A stretch of DNA of 33,987 nucleotides from a virus (IMGVR_UViG_3300036394_000005:1-33987), one strand, 5' to 3'; shown: positions 9,901 through 19,272, numbered from the stretch's first letter. Notes: generated by a model not told the origin, from the sequence alone. Translations and numbers: made by a program.

Positions 9901-10510
9901 GCGTGCCCGTGTAGTCGTTCTTCAGCCCGTCCACCAGCTCGCACACGCAAACCTGCGCCTGATAGTCGACGAACGAATTGCCCGCGTTGTAGCTGTACGT
10001 GCGCTGTTCCACGGCCACATCTGCCACGCGCACGTATTCCGTCTTTCCACCACCGCTGATCTGCAGCGTGCCGTTCGTGTTGGGTGGCGTGGCGCCGGGC
10101 CGTTGGAAGATCTGAAGCGAGCGCTGCCCCTGCACATGGTTGGACAGCAGGTAACCATTGAACTCTTCGCCCGGTGAGGTGTAGGCCTCGATCCGGTTCT
10201 GGATGCTGGCGCGGCGGTCGAAGAAGTCACCGGTCGCGAACAGGGCCGCGCTCACCTTCGGATCGGCCGGCGGACGCGAGACGATGACGACACCGCCGAG
10301 CGCGGTGTCGGTGTTCAAGGTCTGGATGACCGCGGCAATCTTCATGATCGACACGTCGCCCTGCGCGCGGTCCACGGCGGAGATGTCTTTGAAGATGGAA
10401 TTGCTGGCGCCGTCCACAATGACATTCGAGGTCGGTGCGCCGCCGCCGTTGTCTACGTCGTCCATCACCTGCGTGGCAACGATCTTGATATCGGATTCGA
10501 GAATGGTCAT
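6926..10510 (-). CDS. Large tail tip / central fibre protein (~1194 aa)
   Basis: Start MTILESDIK; Gly/Thr-rich with repeated DDG.G.L and G.VDYATG motifs; lies two genes downstream of the tape measure gene. Confidence 0.85.
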   Translation of the reverse strand: MTILESDIKIVATQVMDDVDNGGGAPTSNVIVDGASNSIFKDISAVDRAQGDVSIMKIAAVIQTLNTDTALGGVVIVSRPPADPKVSAALFATGDFFDRRASIQNRIEAYTSPGEEFNGYLLSNHVQGQRSLQIFQRPGATPPNTNGTLQISGGGKTEYVRVADVAVEQRTYSYNAGNSFVDYQAQVCVCELVDGLKNDYTGTPASRLFERTITSAAINKMLVANASRFYGISKLAQNVTTGDLSAVVEHIDTQLVPSATTEIPIVDTSAAGSATSLVASGAGTVSLTTGVVFGPNATIVFGNPVYPGSLSVATSAGTLTDDGGRLKLGALTAGSVNYAGGSMTFASDAPAITGNKTITFRPAGAPIELADSASIVVTAESRRINYPLTILPPPAPGSLRVAYRAGGNWYELADDGGGRLSGASSSIGSGTVDYATGTTLPTLGVLPDVGSEVIYTWAAKVNYKDRSGTLTAALSILLALDNQAAQSGTVSVDWNDGIDRHASDNGSGALAGDATGPVSYASGTIEVRPKVLPASAVAFTVGYSHGEPSSKTFPAPARNADGSITLNLGKTNIAPRSLALDWNLILQSTGGVPADQWVPQNFAATKTVTDDGAGNLKDGLGVTFGTLVYATGVATLFPETVVSVAVPQWAVNPLGVLGTVLSPNLPGLYRNTLTGYTYAVLNASLPADATALVTANFRVAGAGTTKSQVFNQPKLSIKLLPNFSEPAVPGSVNFTLGGKTYFDRAGSLYTDLDPATGAASLAGTYDYATNLASLNTWPAAASSTVVVNSLLTTLDGQPVEYVVFRTPVAPISPGSLQLLATKLNGGSINVTADASGFINGANVHGTFDYATGVGKVRFGDWVTAAGNEGAIWYSPDAVGTDGKIWKPVPVFASTIRYNAVAFTTLPVDATLLGLDPVRLPADGRVPIFRKGELAVIHNTKRLPAAVVANGQTLNAGRVRLSRVRIMGANGLAVETGYTRNLDAGTVTFTDVSGYVQPVVFEHRIEDMLTVSDVGIDGRLAFAGRVSHDYPAADSYVSSGLRMGDVKARVSLLFDQQTWNGAWSDSLIGNAADPTFNDIDYPITVTNKGAVTERWRIQINGSGTAYNLIGEHVGQIVTGQSMTADCSPLGPSGVPYMTIPAAGFGSGGWPAGSLIRFNTIAATFPFVPIRTVQMGAETVLDDSFEILVLIGVDRP

Positions 10511-10512
10511 GG

Positions 10513-10914
10513 TCAAACAGTGATGAGTCGCACGATGGCGATGTAGGGGTAGCTCTCGACGGGCAGCTCGGGGCGCGCGAGCGGCTTGCCCTCGACAGCA
10601 AGGCCGGGTGCAAACTGCACGGTGAACGCGCGGCCATCGGCCAGCACGAGGGCGTGCTCTCCGGTGGCGTCGGAGTCGGCCAGCGACTGCAGCGCCGTGA
10701 GCGCACCGCGTTGGATCCAACCGGCCTCGACCTCGCCCTGCAACGTGATGGGGCGGCCGGCCAGGCGCACGCCGGCATCAATCAGCGCGGCACCAGTGAG
10801 CGAGTACTCGAGCGTTTTCTCGACGCGGCTCCATCCGAACTCGTCGGACCAGACCATGCCGCGCGGGATCTGCAGGCCGGCGAGCGTGTGAAACTTTGGA
10901 GCTGGCATGTTCAT
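10513..10914 (-). CDS. Distal tail-like protein (133 aa)
   Basis: W.DEF.W...YSLTGA....G....GRPITL motif; ATGA-coupled to the tape measure gene. Confidence 0.8.
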   Translation of the reverse strand: MNMPAPKFHTLAGLQIPRGMVWSDEFGWSRVEKTLEYSLTGAALIDAGVRLAGRPITLQGEVEAGWIQRGALTALQSLADSDATGEHALVLADGRAFTVQFAPGLAVEGKPLARPELPVESYPYIAIVRLITV

Positions 10915-13631
10915 TTGCCCGAACGGTTGGAAGACGTGCCGGCGGCGGCGCCAAGCTGCGCGAGCAGGCCCTCGATGGCATCGGCACCGGCGGCATCGGT
11001 GTTGACCGTTCCGTGATCGCGACCGTTGAGGTTCAGGTGCAGGTTCACCGTGCGGTTGGATTCGGGTTGCGGAATCGCGGTCGGGGTCTGCCCATTGCCG
11101 AAGAAGGTTTCCTTCTCGGCCGCCTTGAGCACCGCCTGACTCAGCGTCCCGCCATCGGCGTACTTCTTCTGTCCGGGGTTGTTGAAGAACGGGATGTCGC
11201 CCTTGGCATCGGCGAACTCCATCGCGATGGCACGCGCCCTCTTCTCGTCGCTGATGCCTGCGGCTTTGAGGAAGGCGGCGATGCCGGTCAAGGTGCCCAG
11301 GTCGCTGCCGGCGTTGACGGTCTTCCCGTTCTTGTCGGTCGAAAAGCCGCTCGCGTCCCGGCCGAGGCGCTTGTCTTCAAGCGCCGTTTCACGCTCTTTG
11401 AGTGCGTTCGCCTTCTCGCGCACCTCGACATCTCGCTCGCGTGCGTTCGTGACCTCGCGCAGCGCGCCGGCCAGACCGTAGGCCGACTGCATCGCATCGG
11501 TCTGCGCGTCGCGCAGCTTGAGCGTCGAGCGGCCTGCGCTGTCGAGCACGACCTCGAAGCCGCGCATCGCGGACTGCGCCTGCACCCAACCCGGCGCCAC
11601 GCCGTTGCCCGCGGCGATGGCTGCCTCGGCGGCGCGCTTCCATGCTTCGCCCAGGCCGATGGCGGTTGCCTGCCCGCTGTCGCGAATCAACTCGTAGTCG
11701 CGCAGCGCGGTCTTGGCGACCGTCTCCAGCTCGACCTTGGTCTGTACGCCGGCACGCTGGAAGGCGGCGGCAATCTCGGCCGCGGCTTCGGCCTGCGCCT
11801 TCTTGTTCGCGCCGGCCGAATCGGCCGCAGCGAGATTGGCCGCTTTCAGCTCGCCGAGCTTCTGCACCGCCAGCTCCAGATTCCCGGTCGCGATGGCCTT
11901 GTCGTATTCGCCGCGCAGGCGCTCGACCGAGGCTCGGGCTTCCTCCGCCTTCGCCTGATGGGTTTCGGACGCGCTGGCGGCCTTCTGGCCGGCTTCCTGC
12001 GCACTGTCGCCCGCGGCCTTCATCTCCGCGGCCATGTCGGCGAAGGCTGCGGCGCTGCGGGTGGTCGCCGCCGTGGTGGTTTCGGCGCTGTCGGTCAGGC
12101 CCGCCCATCCGGTGCGCGCCTGCTCGGCGCCCTCGGCCGCCCGGTCGAAGGCTTCGCCCGCCTTCTCGCCGAACGCATCGGCCACCGCACCGGTGGCTTC
12201 GGCTGAGATCCGCACCTCTTCGGCCGCGGCCTTGAATGCCGCCGACAGATCGCCGAACGTGATCTTCGCCAGGCCGGAAATGATGGTGGCGAGACCAGAC
12301 TGCACCGCGCTGACCACGGCCGCCATGCCCTCGGCCACCTTGAAGATGGCCGAGAGGACCACGTTCGCGCCCGCCGACATGACACCCCAGACCGTCTGCA
12401 CAATGCTGCCGGTGGTCTGCGCCTTCTGCCCGAAGCTGTCGAGCAGCGCGCCCACGCGGTCAGCGAGCGCCTGCACCTTCGCCACGAGTGCGGGGACATC
12501 GACGCTCGCGACGAACGCCTGCACCCACTTGATGCCGTTCTGAAACGCCGTCGCCAGCGCAGAACCGAATCGGGCCACGGTGCCATCGGCGACCGCCGCA
12601 CGCAGAGCGCCGGACAGTTGATCGACCCCTTCCTTCAGCACCGGGAGGATGGGTGTGGTGAGCGCGTTGATCGTCGAATCCCACGCGGTGCGCAATCCGT
12701 TGAGCGCGCCATTGAGGTTCGACTGCATGACTGCGGCCGTCTCGGCCGCGCTGCCGGTGGCGCCTTCCAGCGACTTCTTCAACTCGTCGAGCTTGTCCAC
12801 GCCCTGATTCAGGAGCGCGCGCAGTGCCGGCCCGGCTTCCTGCCCCACGGCCGCAATCGCCCGCTGCCCCGCCGGGCCGGCCGCGGCCAGCTCGTGCAGC
12901 ATCTTCTCGAAGTTGCCCGTCGTGATGCCGGCCGCAGCCAGCTCCGTGCGGAATTTGCTGGCCGGGTCGGAGAACTGCGCGAGGATGCTGTTCAACGCCG
13001 TGCCGGCGCGGCTGGCATCGATACCGGCGTCGGCGAACTTGCCGATGATCGCGACGGTGGTTTCGAGACTCAGCCCGAGCGTGTTCGCCAGCGGTGCGGC
13101 GTAGCTCAGCGCCTGCGCCAAACCGGTGACGCTGGTGTTCGTGGCGTTCGCACCCTTCGCGAGCACGTCGGCCACGCGGCCCGAATCTGTGAAGGCGAGG
13201 CCCAGACCATTGACGATCTTCGTCAGGTACTCGGCTGAGGTCGCCAGCTCGATGTCGCCGGCGCGGGCGAGCTGCATCGCGGCGGGCAGCGTGGCGATGG
13301 CGTCGCGCACGTTGAGGCCGGCTTTCGCCAGGTTCTCCAGTGCGCCAGCGGCCTCCAGTTCGGTGAAGCCATAGCGGGCATCGGCCGCGGCTTCCTGCGC
13401 CGCCTTGCGCAGCGCGCGCATCTCGGCCGCGGTCGCACCGGTGGCGGCCTGCACGCGGCTCAGCGCCTGCTCGAAGTCCGCACCGCCCTTGACCCAGCCC
13501 GCGAAGGCTTGGATACCGAAGTAGCCGAGCACGACCGCCGCGAACGCGGCAAGGCGGCTCTGCAGGCGGTCGAACACCTTGGACGCATCGTCCTTGGCAT
13601 TGATCACGATCTGAATCGGCTTGAAGCCCAA
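10911..13631 (-). CDS. Tail tape measure protein (TP901-type core), 906 aa
   Basis: Ala-rich helical protein with FEQALSRVQAATGAT, ADVLAKGANATNTSV..L..AL.YAAP, AGTAL motifs; TTG start. Confidence 0.95.
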   Translation of the reverse strand: MGFKPIQIVINAKDDASKVFDRLQSRLAAFAAVVLGYFGIQAFAGWVKGGADFEQALSRVQAATGATAAEMRALRKAAQEAAADARYGFTELEAAGALENLAKAGLNVRDAIATLPAAMQLARAGDIELATSAEYLTKIVNGLGLAFTDSGRVADVLAKGANATNTSVTGLAQALSYAAPLANTLGLSLETTVAIIGKFADAGIDASRAGTALNSILAQFSDPASKFRTELAAAGITTGNFEKMLHELAAAGPAGQRAIAAVGQEAGPALRALLNQGVDKLDELKKSLEGATGSAAETAAVMQSNLNGALNGLRTAWDSTINALTTPILPVLKEGVDQLSGALRAAVADGTVARFGSALATAFQNGIKWVQAFVASVDVPALVAKVQALADRVGALLDSFGQKAQTTGSIVQTVWGVMSAGANVVLSAIFKVAEGMAAVVSAVQSGLATIISGLAKITFGDLSAAFKAAAEEVRISAEATGAVADAFGEKAGEAFDRAAEGAEQARTGWAGLTDSAETTTAATTRSAAAFADMAAEMKAAGDSAQEAGQKAASASETHQAKAEEARASVERLRGEYDKAIATGNLELAVQKLGELKAANLAAADSAGANKKAQAEAAAEIAAAFQRAGVQTKVELETVAKTALRDYELIRDSGQATAIGLGEAWKRAAEAAIAAGNGVAPGWVQAQSAMRGFEVVLDSAGRSTLKLRDAQTDAMQSAYGLAGALREVTNARERDVEVREKANALKERETALEDKRLGRDASGFSTDKNGKTVNAGSDLGTLTGIAAFLKAAGISDEKRARAIAMEFADAKGDIPFFNNPGQKKYADGGTLSQAVLKAAEKETFFGNGQTPTAIPQPESNRTVNLHLNLNGRDHGTVNTDAAGADAIEGLLAQLGAAAGTSSNRSGK

Positions 13632-13705
13632 CGGGAAACCTTTTGGAGATGGGTGAGAGGGGATCGGTGCGGCGACGGCTGATGCCTCAAGCGAAGCGCC
13701 AGGCG

Positions 13706-13734
13706 TCGCCGCCGCTCAGTGCGAGCGGCGGCGA
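13706..13734. repeat. GC-rich inverted repeat (12-bp stem, 5-nt loop) between the tail tube and tape measure genes
   Basis: TCGCCGCCGCTC-AGTGC-GAGCGGCGGCGA; no U-tract downstream on the - strand. Confidence 0.7.
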
Positions 13735-13743
13735 AGTGAGGGG

Positions 13744-14532
13744 TTAGACCTCCACCGGACGGCCATCGACGAAGATCGCGACACCGCTCGGCGGGGTCAA
13801 AACCTCGATGTCGAATTCCATCTGCACATAGCTGTCGTCGCTGGTGATGAGCGACATGTCGCCGGTGGGCGCCAGCGTCACGAGCGGGCAATAGGTGTCG
13901 CTCTGTTCGCCTTCCGCCACGTTCGAAAGAACGCGCAGCGCACCGCGCAGCTCGGCCTTGTCGCCGGACTTGATGCGCAGCCAGGTGGTAGCCGGCTTCG
14001 AATAGGCGACCTTGATCTTTCCGGCCGGGATGCCGCCACCCGCGAGGATCTGCAGGCGCCCCAGCGCCGCGTCCACCGTGTAGTCCTCGCCCAGCTCGTA
14101 GGGTTCGCCACCGGCATCGGGCGTGACCACCACGGCCGTGACCTTGCGCGCGCCCGCCGGGTTGGCGTCAGTGCGGCCGAGCTGATAGAACAGGCCAGGA
14201 ATCACGGTGATCTCTTCCGCTGCGACGGCGCCGGTCACCTGCGAAACGGTCGACTTCTCGCCCGAGATGAACATCGCTTTGTTGTCGGCGTTCATGTTGT
14301 CGCAGGTGATCTTGCCGGTGCGATCGATGCGCACGACGCGATTCGCATCCTTCACGCCCGGGCCGGATTCGGCGCTGTAGTGCGGTGCCTTCTCCGTCGA
14401 GATGTTGAGCGTGACGGTCGGGCAGTTGCCCAGGTGGCGCTCGCCCGTGAGCTGGTCGGCTGCGTCGAGCACGTCGAAGAAGACGCGACCGCGCGGGATG
14501 ATGTATTGACTCTTTTCGTAGATGTTTGCCAT
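13744..14532 (-). CDS. Major tail (tube) protein
   Basis: Start MANIYEKSQY with GGAG RBS; GRVFF...ERHLGNCP motif; directly upstream of the tape measure gene. Confidence 0.85.
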   Translation of the reverse strand: MANIYEKSQYIIPRGRVFFDVLDAADQLTGERHLGNCPTVTLNISTEKAPHYSAESGPGVKDANRVVRIDRTGKITCDNMNADNKAMFISGEKSTVSQVTGAVAAEEITVIPGLFYQLGRTDANPAGARKVTAVVVTPDAGGEPYELGEDYTVDAALGRLQILAGGGIPAGKIKVAYSKPATTWLRIKSGDKAELRGALRVLSNVAEGEQSDTYCPLVTLAPTGDMSLITSDDSYVQMEFDIEVLTPPSGVAIFVDGRPVEV

Positions 14533-14552
14533 GCTGGCTCCGTAGGTTGGTT

Positions 14553-14960
14553 TCACTCTTGGCCGAAGAAGCGGCCCGTCGTGGAGAAGAGAAGTTCGAT
14601 GCCGATGAGTCCGCCATCTGCAAACTCCGGTGGCGTGAAGCGCGCGAGCTTCAGTGGCCCCCAATTGCGACCGCCAGCGGCGCCGGGCGCCCAGTTGTGA
14701 AGCTGCTCGATGACCTTCGAGAGCGCGGTGTCGAGCAGCGCCGCAGCGGCCGGGCCACGCTTGACCGACAGCAGGACGCTCCAGCCAGGCGCAAGGCCTA
14801 CGGCGCCTTCCTTGACATCGGCCAGCGCACCGGCGGCGAACATGACGGACACCAGCGCCGCCGCGTCGCGGTTGCCCTTGCCGGTCGAGAAGCCCAGGAC
14901 TTCCCACGCCGGCAGCGCATCGCGCAGGCGTTCGCAGATGTTGATTTCGAGAAGGAACAT
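14553..14960 (-). CDS. Tail terminator/completion-like protein
   Basis: 135 aa between head-tail joining and tail tube genes; LHNWAPG motif; call is mainly from synteny. Confidence 0.7.
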   Translation of the reverse strand: MFLLEINICERLRDALPAWEVLGFSTGKGNRDAAALVSVMFAAGALADVKEGAVGLAPGWSVLLSVKRGPAAAALLDTALSKVIEQLHNWAPGAAGGRNWGPLKLARFTPPEFADGGLIGIELLFSTTGRFFGQE

Positions 14961-14962
14961 GG

Positions 14963-15247
14963 TCAGGCGCTCCGCAGAACGAGGTTCGTCACGCCGGTCC
15001 CATCCGCCTCCGCGCGCACCACTTCGAAGGGCTTCCCGTCCACGGTGATCGCGTCATCGCGCTGCAGGCCGGCGAGCGCTTCCGTGGCGCCTTGGCACGC
15101 GGGAGCATCCGCATCGACCTGCACGCCGAAGGGCGCCGCATAAGGACGGTCGAACAGGACGCGCGCGGTCTTCTGCACGCCTTCAACGGTGAACAAAGCG
15201 TTCACCGCGAAGTCGCTGAAAAAAATGGACAGGTCTTCGGCGAACAT
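14963..15247 (-). CDS. Head-tail joining protein (lambda FII-like)
   Basis: MFAEDLSIFFSDFA...D.ITVDG..FEV......DGTGVTNLVL; immediately after the capsid gene. Confidence 0.8.
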   Translation of the reverse strand: MFAEDLSIFFSDFAVNALFTVEGVQKTARVLFDRPYAAPFGVQVDADAPACQGATEALAGLQRDDAITVDGKPFEVVRAEADGTGVTNLVLRSA

Positions 15248-15251
15248 GGGC

Positions 15252-17135
15252 TTACGCGGTCTGCGCGTCTTCCATCGTGGCGAAGCTCTCTTCGTTGCGC
15301 ACGCCCACATCCACGTCTTGCAGCGCGGTGACACGCACCGTGCCCGTGGTGCTGTGGGTGTACGGATCGACCATCAGGTCGAGGCCACCCCACATGCCGA
15401 TCACGAGGTCGGCGAAGTTGCCGAAGATGAGCGCCGACAGGTTGTCGCCGGTGCCCTTCGTGATGTTGCTCGGCACAGCGTTGGTGACGGCGGCACGGTA
15501 GCCGTTCAACGGCTCGCCGCCCTTCTGCCACACGCGCTCGCCGGTACCGGGGCCATCGACGAAGGTCTTCTTCAGCTTGCCGCGCACCTTGGCGTTGGTG
15601 AGGTAGGCCAGCGTGCCCACATCGGCATTCGCGACCGACACGGCCGTCTCCAGATCCACCACGCTGTCCCAGCTCGGCGCGCCACCGTTGGCACCACCGA
15701 TGACGCTCGCCGCGATCTTCGCGAGGATGCCGCTCGGTTCGTTGGCGACACTGCCGCCGGAAATGGCTGCACGCTGAATCGCCAAGCCGAGCACCATGGC
15801 GAGGTCGGCCGACACGAAGCTTTCCACGTCGATGCTCGACTGCAGCAGCAGCTTGCGGCTGATGTCGGTGAAGGCGCCGACTGTCTTCGGCGACATCGCG
15901 ACCTGGCCGATGGCCGCAGCGCTTTCGGTGGGCGCTTGGCCTTCGGCCACCCAGTAGGCGCTGCCGGAGCCGGTCTGCTTCGGAATCGCGATGTTGCCCA
16001 CCAGACCCGAGAGGAAGCGCACGCCCAGCGTGTTGAGCACCATCGCATCGCGCAGGATGGTGATGAAGTCACCCGACATCAGGTCGGTGGCCACGAGGTT
16101 GCCGCCGGCCGAAGGCGTGCCCACCACCATGTCGCGCTTCTGCACTTCGAACGGAATCATGATGCCGCGCGATGCCTTGCCGAGCTTGGTAGACGTTGCA
16201 CTGGAGCACTCGAATTCGAACGCCGCCGCATTGCGTGCCGCGGTGTCACCGGGGTTCGCCAGCGCGTTGAGGGCGCGCACCATGCTGAAGCGGCGCGTTT
16301 CCTTCTGGGTCAGACCGATGTCGGCCGTGGGCACGGGCTTGGACGCGAGCGCGCGAATCGCCTCGGCTTGGAACTGTTCGACCGTGTGGCCGGCTTGGAT
16401 GGAACGCATCGCCAGCTCGGCACCGCCAGGCATGGCCGCGGCGATCTTGCTGATCTCGCTGGCGTGGTTGCGCTGCGCGGGAACTTCGATGGTGGGTGCC
16501 GTGGTGCCGGCAGGCTTGGTTTCAGGCGTCGTCATGGCGCGGTTCTCCGTAGAAGATGGGGAAGAGGAAGCAAGGGGAGGAAGGGAAGCAATGGAAGACG
16601 GGGCCGGCAGCTCGGCGGGGAGACTGCGGCCGACACCGACAGTCGCGTCCGCTGGCACGCTGACCAGAGACAACTCGAAGGGCTCCCAGTCGGTCACGCG
16701 GTAGGTGTCGCACCCGTCCTTCGTGCCTTCCAGAATGGCTTCGTGGATGATGTAGCCCACCGAAACGTTGACGCGGATTCCGTCGATCACGTCCCGGAAG
16801 ACTTCCTCTGCGCGCACGCTTCGACCGAAGCGCACCACGGCACGGGCTACCTTGTCCGAACCGATTTCCACAGACTCGACGACCGCGACGACATCTCGTG
16901 TGTCGTGGTCACAAAGGAGGTTCGCGCCGGCCGTGAGGCGGCCGGTGCGCATTGACTTGCGACTGAGGTCCAGCACCTCGATGAACCAGCCGCGATTGAC
17001 GGGCGTCTCACTCGCGAAGGCTAGCTTCACGGTGCGTGCCTCTTCGTCGATGGAGGCACGCTCCACCACGAAAGCGCGCTTGAGTTGCCCGGTGGGCAGG
17101 TGCTGGCGAAGGACTTGAGGAAGACTTGAAGTCAT
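15252..17135 (-). CDS. Fused HK97-type prohead protease plus major capsid protein
   Basis: N-terminal protease motifs (LLCDHD, VSVGY, ELSLVSVPADATVG); C-terminal HK97-fold capsid motifs (GGNLVATD, IPKQT, FGNF, DPYT); start chosen at ATG 17135 (track start 17165 lies inside the promoter motif). Confidence 0.93.
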   Translation of the reverse strand: MTSSLPQVLRQHLPTGQLKRAFVVERASIDEEARTVKLAFASETPVNRGWFIEVLDLSRKSMRTGRLTAGANLLCDHDTRDVVAVVESVEIGSDKVARAVVRFGRSVRAEEVFRDVIDGIRVNVSVGYIIHEAILEGTKDGCDTYRVTDWEPFELSLVSVPADATVGVGRSLPAELPAPSSIASLPPLASSSPSSTENRAMTTPETKPAGTTAPTIEVPAQRNHASEISKIAAAMPGGAELAMRSIQAGHTVEQFQAEAIRALASKPVPTADIGLTQKETRRFSMVRALNALANPGDTAARNAAAFEFECSSATSTKLGKASRGIMIPFEVQKRDMVVGTPSAGGNLVATDLMSGDFITILRDAMVLNTLGVRFLSGLVGNIAIPKQTGSGSAYWVAEGQAPTESAAAIGQVAMSPKTVGAFTDISRKLLLQSSIDVESFVSADLAMVLGLAIQRAAISGGSVANEPSGILAKIAASVIGGANGGAPSWDSVVDLETAVSVANADVGTLAYLTNAKVRGKLKKTFVDGPGTGERVWQKGGEPLNGYRAAVTNAVPSNITKGTGDNLSALIFGNFADLVIGMWGGLDLMVDPYTHSTTGTVRVTALQDVDVGVRNEESFATMEDAQTA

Positions 17136-17157
17136 GCCGCTATTGCAACTGCGCGGC

Positions 17158-17187
17158 ACTGACATTCATAAGGCACGCGATGTCACT
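17158..17187 (-). promoter_or_regulatory. Putative late-promoter activator site, copy 1 (TGACA-N16-TGTCA)
   Basis: ACTGACATTCATAAGGCACGCGATGTCACT; 21/30 identical to 19317-19346; directly upstream of the protease-capsid gene. Confidence 0.7.
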
Positions 17188-18730
17188 ATGTCGAGGTTTC
17201 TTCTTCCTCTTCGTCTTCCGCATCGGCCTCTGCGGGCCGCCCCTTCGGTGCAGTCTTCGCAGGCGCAGCGACCTTCGCCGCATAGGCGGGCAACACGATG
17301 CCGAGCTGCTGCGCCAGGTCTTGCGCTTCCTTGATCTTGAGCATGGTGTCGTAGAAGTCGCGGCCCATCTGCGCGCTCAGATCCTGAGGAGCCACCAGAC
17401 CTGCACCCACACCGGCGATGCGTGCGTTCATGTCCTTGAGCGGGTCCACCCATTCCCAACGGCGGCCGAGCCAGTCATGCGCGGCGAACTTCGCGACCTT
17501 CGCCGCGGGCAACGGACTGCCGTTCGGCATCGTGATGGCATTCGACAGCAAGGACATCACCATCCACTCGGCGCGCACGCGCTTGAGCAGGATGTCGACG
17601 AACCACTGTTGATCCGATGACCACCGGTCGCGCTCATCGAGCGTGCCGCTTCGGATGCTGGAGAAGTTGACGCCTTCGAGGTCGTTCGCGAGCGCGTGAT
17701 AGGACACGCGCCAGCCGCTCGCCAGACGCTGGAGCGCCGTCTTCACGAACGGGCCGAAGACCTCGTTCGGGTATTTGCTCTCGTGCGGCTTGAAGTCGTA
17801 GCCAGGCGGCAGCGTGTCATAAACGCCGGGCTGGCTCGTCGTGATCGCGTCCCCGTCGTCGTCACGCTCGCCGATGGGCAAGGTGCCCGGCGCAGCATCT
17901 TGGTTTTGCGTGAAGAAGCCGAAGTGATTCGCGCCGTGCTCAGCGGCCAGCACTGCGGCCAGCATGAACCCGCCCAGGTGATGAAGGCTCAGCATGCCCG
18001 GCGCCATCCACGGGATGCCGCGCACCTGCTCGGCACGCTCGACCTTGAACCCATGGATGATGTCTTCGGCCGGCAGGCGCACACGCTGGCGTGACGTGCG
18101 CGAGCCGTCGTTGGGATGCGCCTCGAAGATGTGGACCGCAACTGTTCGGCGGTACGCATCCACCTCCACGCCCATGATGACGGTGTTACCCGTCGAATGC
18201 TCTATGCCGTTGAACGTGGTGTCGATCCGGTCCACGTCGATGAGCTGCAGCGCGAAGTTGAACTCGTTGCGCGCATCGGCGCCGCGCACCATCCGCACCA
18301 GAAACTCACCATCGCTCGGGAGGCCGCCGACCAGCGTTTCGCACATGTCGCGAAAGGACTGCCGGCCGGCGACATCGCACACAGACTGCCAGCGCGCGAA
18401 CGACGCTTCGATGGCATCGTTCGCAAGCTTGTCGGCCTTGCCTGGTGCGTTCTCGACGCGCGCCTGCATGACGAAGCCGGCCGGCCCCACCATGTTCGTT
18501 TCGACCATGCCGCAGAACTTGCGCGCATAGTCGTTGTTGTTGCGCATCTCGCGCCCTCGCGCGCGAAGCCGGTCGAGGTCGCTGCGCAGCTCTTCGTTGA
18601 TGCTCGAATAGGTCGCGATCCAGTCGGCCGAGAGGCGGTCGATGCGCGCGGCCTGAAAGCGGCGCACCTGTGTCTTCTTCGCAACGGGCTTGCCGCGGAA
18701 GATGCTGCGGAGGAATGCGGGGGCCTTCAT
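17186..18730 (-). CDS. Portal protein, lambda family
   Basis: LRARGREM.NNDYA, DGEFLVR, QVRGIPW, VNFSSIRSG, WEWVDPLKD motifs. Confidence 0.96.
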   Translation of the reverse strand: MKAPAFLRSIFRGKPVAKKTQVRRFQAARIDRLSADWIATYSSINEELRSDLDRLRARGREMRNNNDYARKFCGMVETNMVGPAGFVMQARVENAPGKADKLANDAIEASFARWQSVCDVAGRQSFRDMCETLVGGLPSDGEFLVRMVRGADARNEFNFALQLIDVDRIDTTFNGIEHSTGNTVIMGVEVDAYRRTVAVHIFEAHPNDGSRTSRQRVRLPAEDIIHGFKVERAEQVRGIPWMAPGMLSLHHLGGFMLAAVLAAEHGANHFGFFTQNQDAAPGTLPIGERDDDGDAITTSQPGVYDTLPPGYDFKPHESKYPNEVFGPFVKTALQRLASGWRVSYHALANDLEGVNFSSIRSGTLDERDRWSSDQQWFVDILLKRVRAEWMVMSLLSNAITMPNGSPLPAAKVAKFAAHDWLGRRWEWVDPLKDMNARIAGVGAGLVAPQDLSAQMGRDFYDTMLKIKEAQDLAQQLGIVLPAYAAKVAAPAKTAPKGRPAEADAEDEEEEETST

Positions 18731-19272
18731 GCGCCGAACCTCACCACGATACGGCCCGACACGCCCCGCGGCCCGCTCTTGCCCTCCTCCGCGGCGACCT
18801 CGCGCTGATATTTCGTGCGCATCGCGTGCAGCTCGTTGAGCGGGATGTACTTCAGGCGGCGGCCGTTGATCTCGTATTCGGCCGTCGCACTGGTGGCCCG
18901 GCCTTCGAGCACAGCCTCGATGGCATCGAGCGTGCGGCGAGCATGGGAGCGCACATCGCCTGCAGCGCCGAACGATGGCGCGACAGTCAGGCGCCCGCTG
19001 GCGACTGTGTAGACCTCTTCTGCGTTCGTGACTCTGGCTCGCCAGTCGTAGGAACCGGGCGCAAAGCTCTGCGTGGTCTGAGCGGAGACAACGACGCGAA
19101 ATGCCTTGCCGTCAGCAGTCGCGGGAATCTCGTAGCGATGCATCGCATTGAGCAGTTCGTAGCTCAACGCCCAGCCGGCCGAGGCCGGGTAGTCCGCAAG
19201 CGTTCGCGTCCATTTGACGGTATCGCCGGGAATGATGGAGATGGGTTCGGTGTTGGAAGCGTCGATAGTCAC
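18727..19272 (-). CDS. Head completion/adaptor protein with gpW-like C-terminus
   Basis: C-terminal EYEINGRRLKY..LNEL..MR.KY..EV motif; ATGA-coupled to portal; GTG start at 19272. Confidence 0.8.
   Translation of the reverse strand: MTIDASNTEPISIIPGDTVKWTRTLADYPASAGWALSYELLNAMHRYEIPATADGKAFRVVVSAQTTQSFAPGSYDWRARVTNAEEVYTVASGRLTVAPSFGAAGDVRSHARRTLDAIEAVLEGRATSATAEYEINGRRLKYIPLNELHAMRTKYQREVAAEEGKSGPRGVSGRIVVRFGA

Noticed and set aside
11386-11393. Further parS-like half-sites (GTTTCACG here, GTTCCACG near 7334)
   Set aside because: Only one arm is present; expected by chance.
13633-13639. GGGAAAC slippery heptamer near the tape measure start
   Set aside because: It is on the non-coding (+) strand and there is no chaperone ORF to frameshift.
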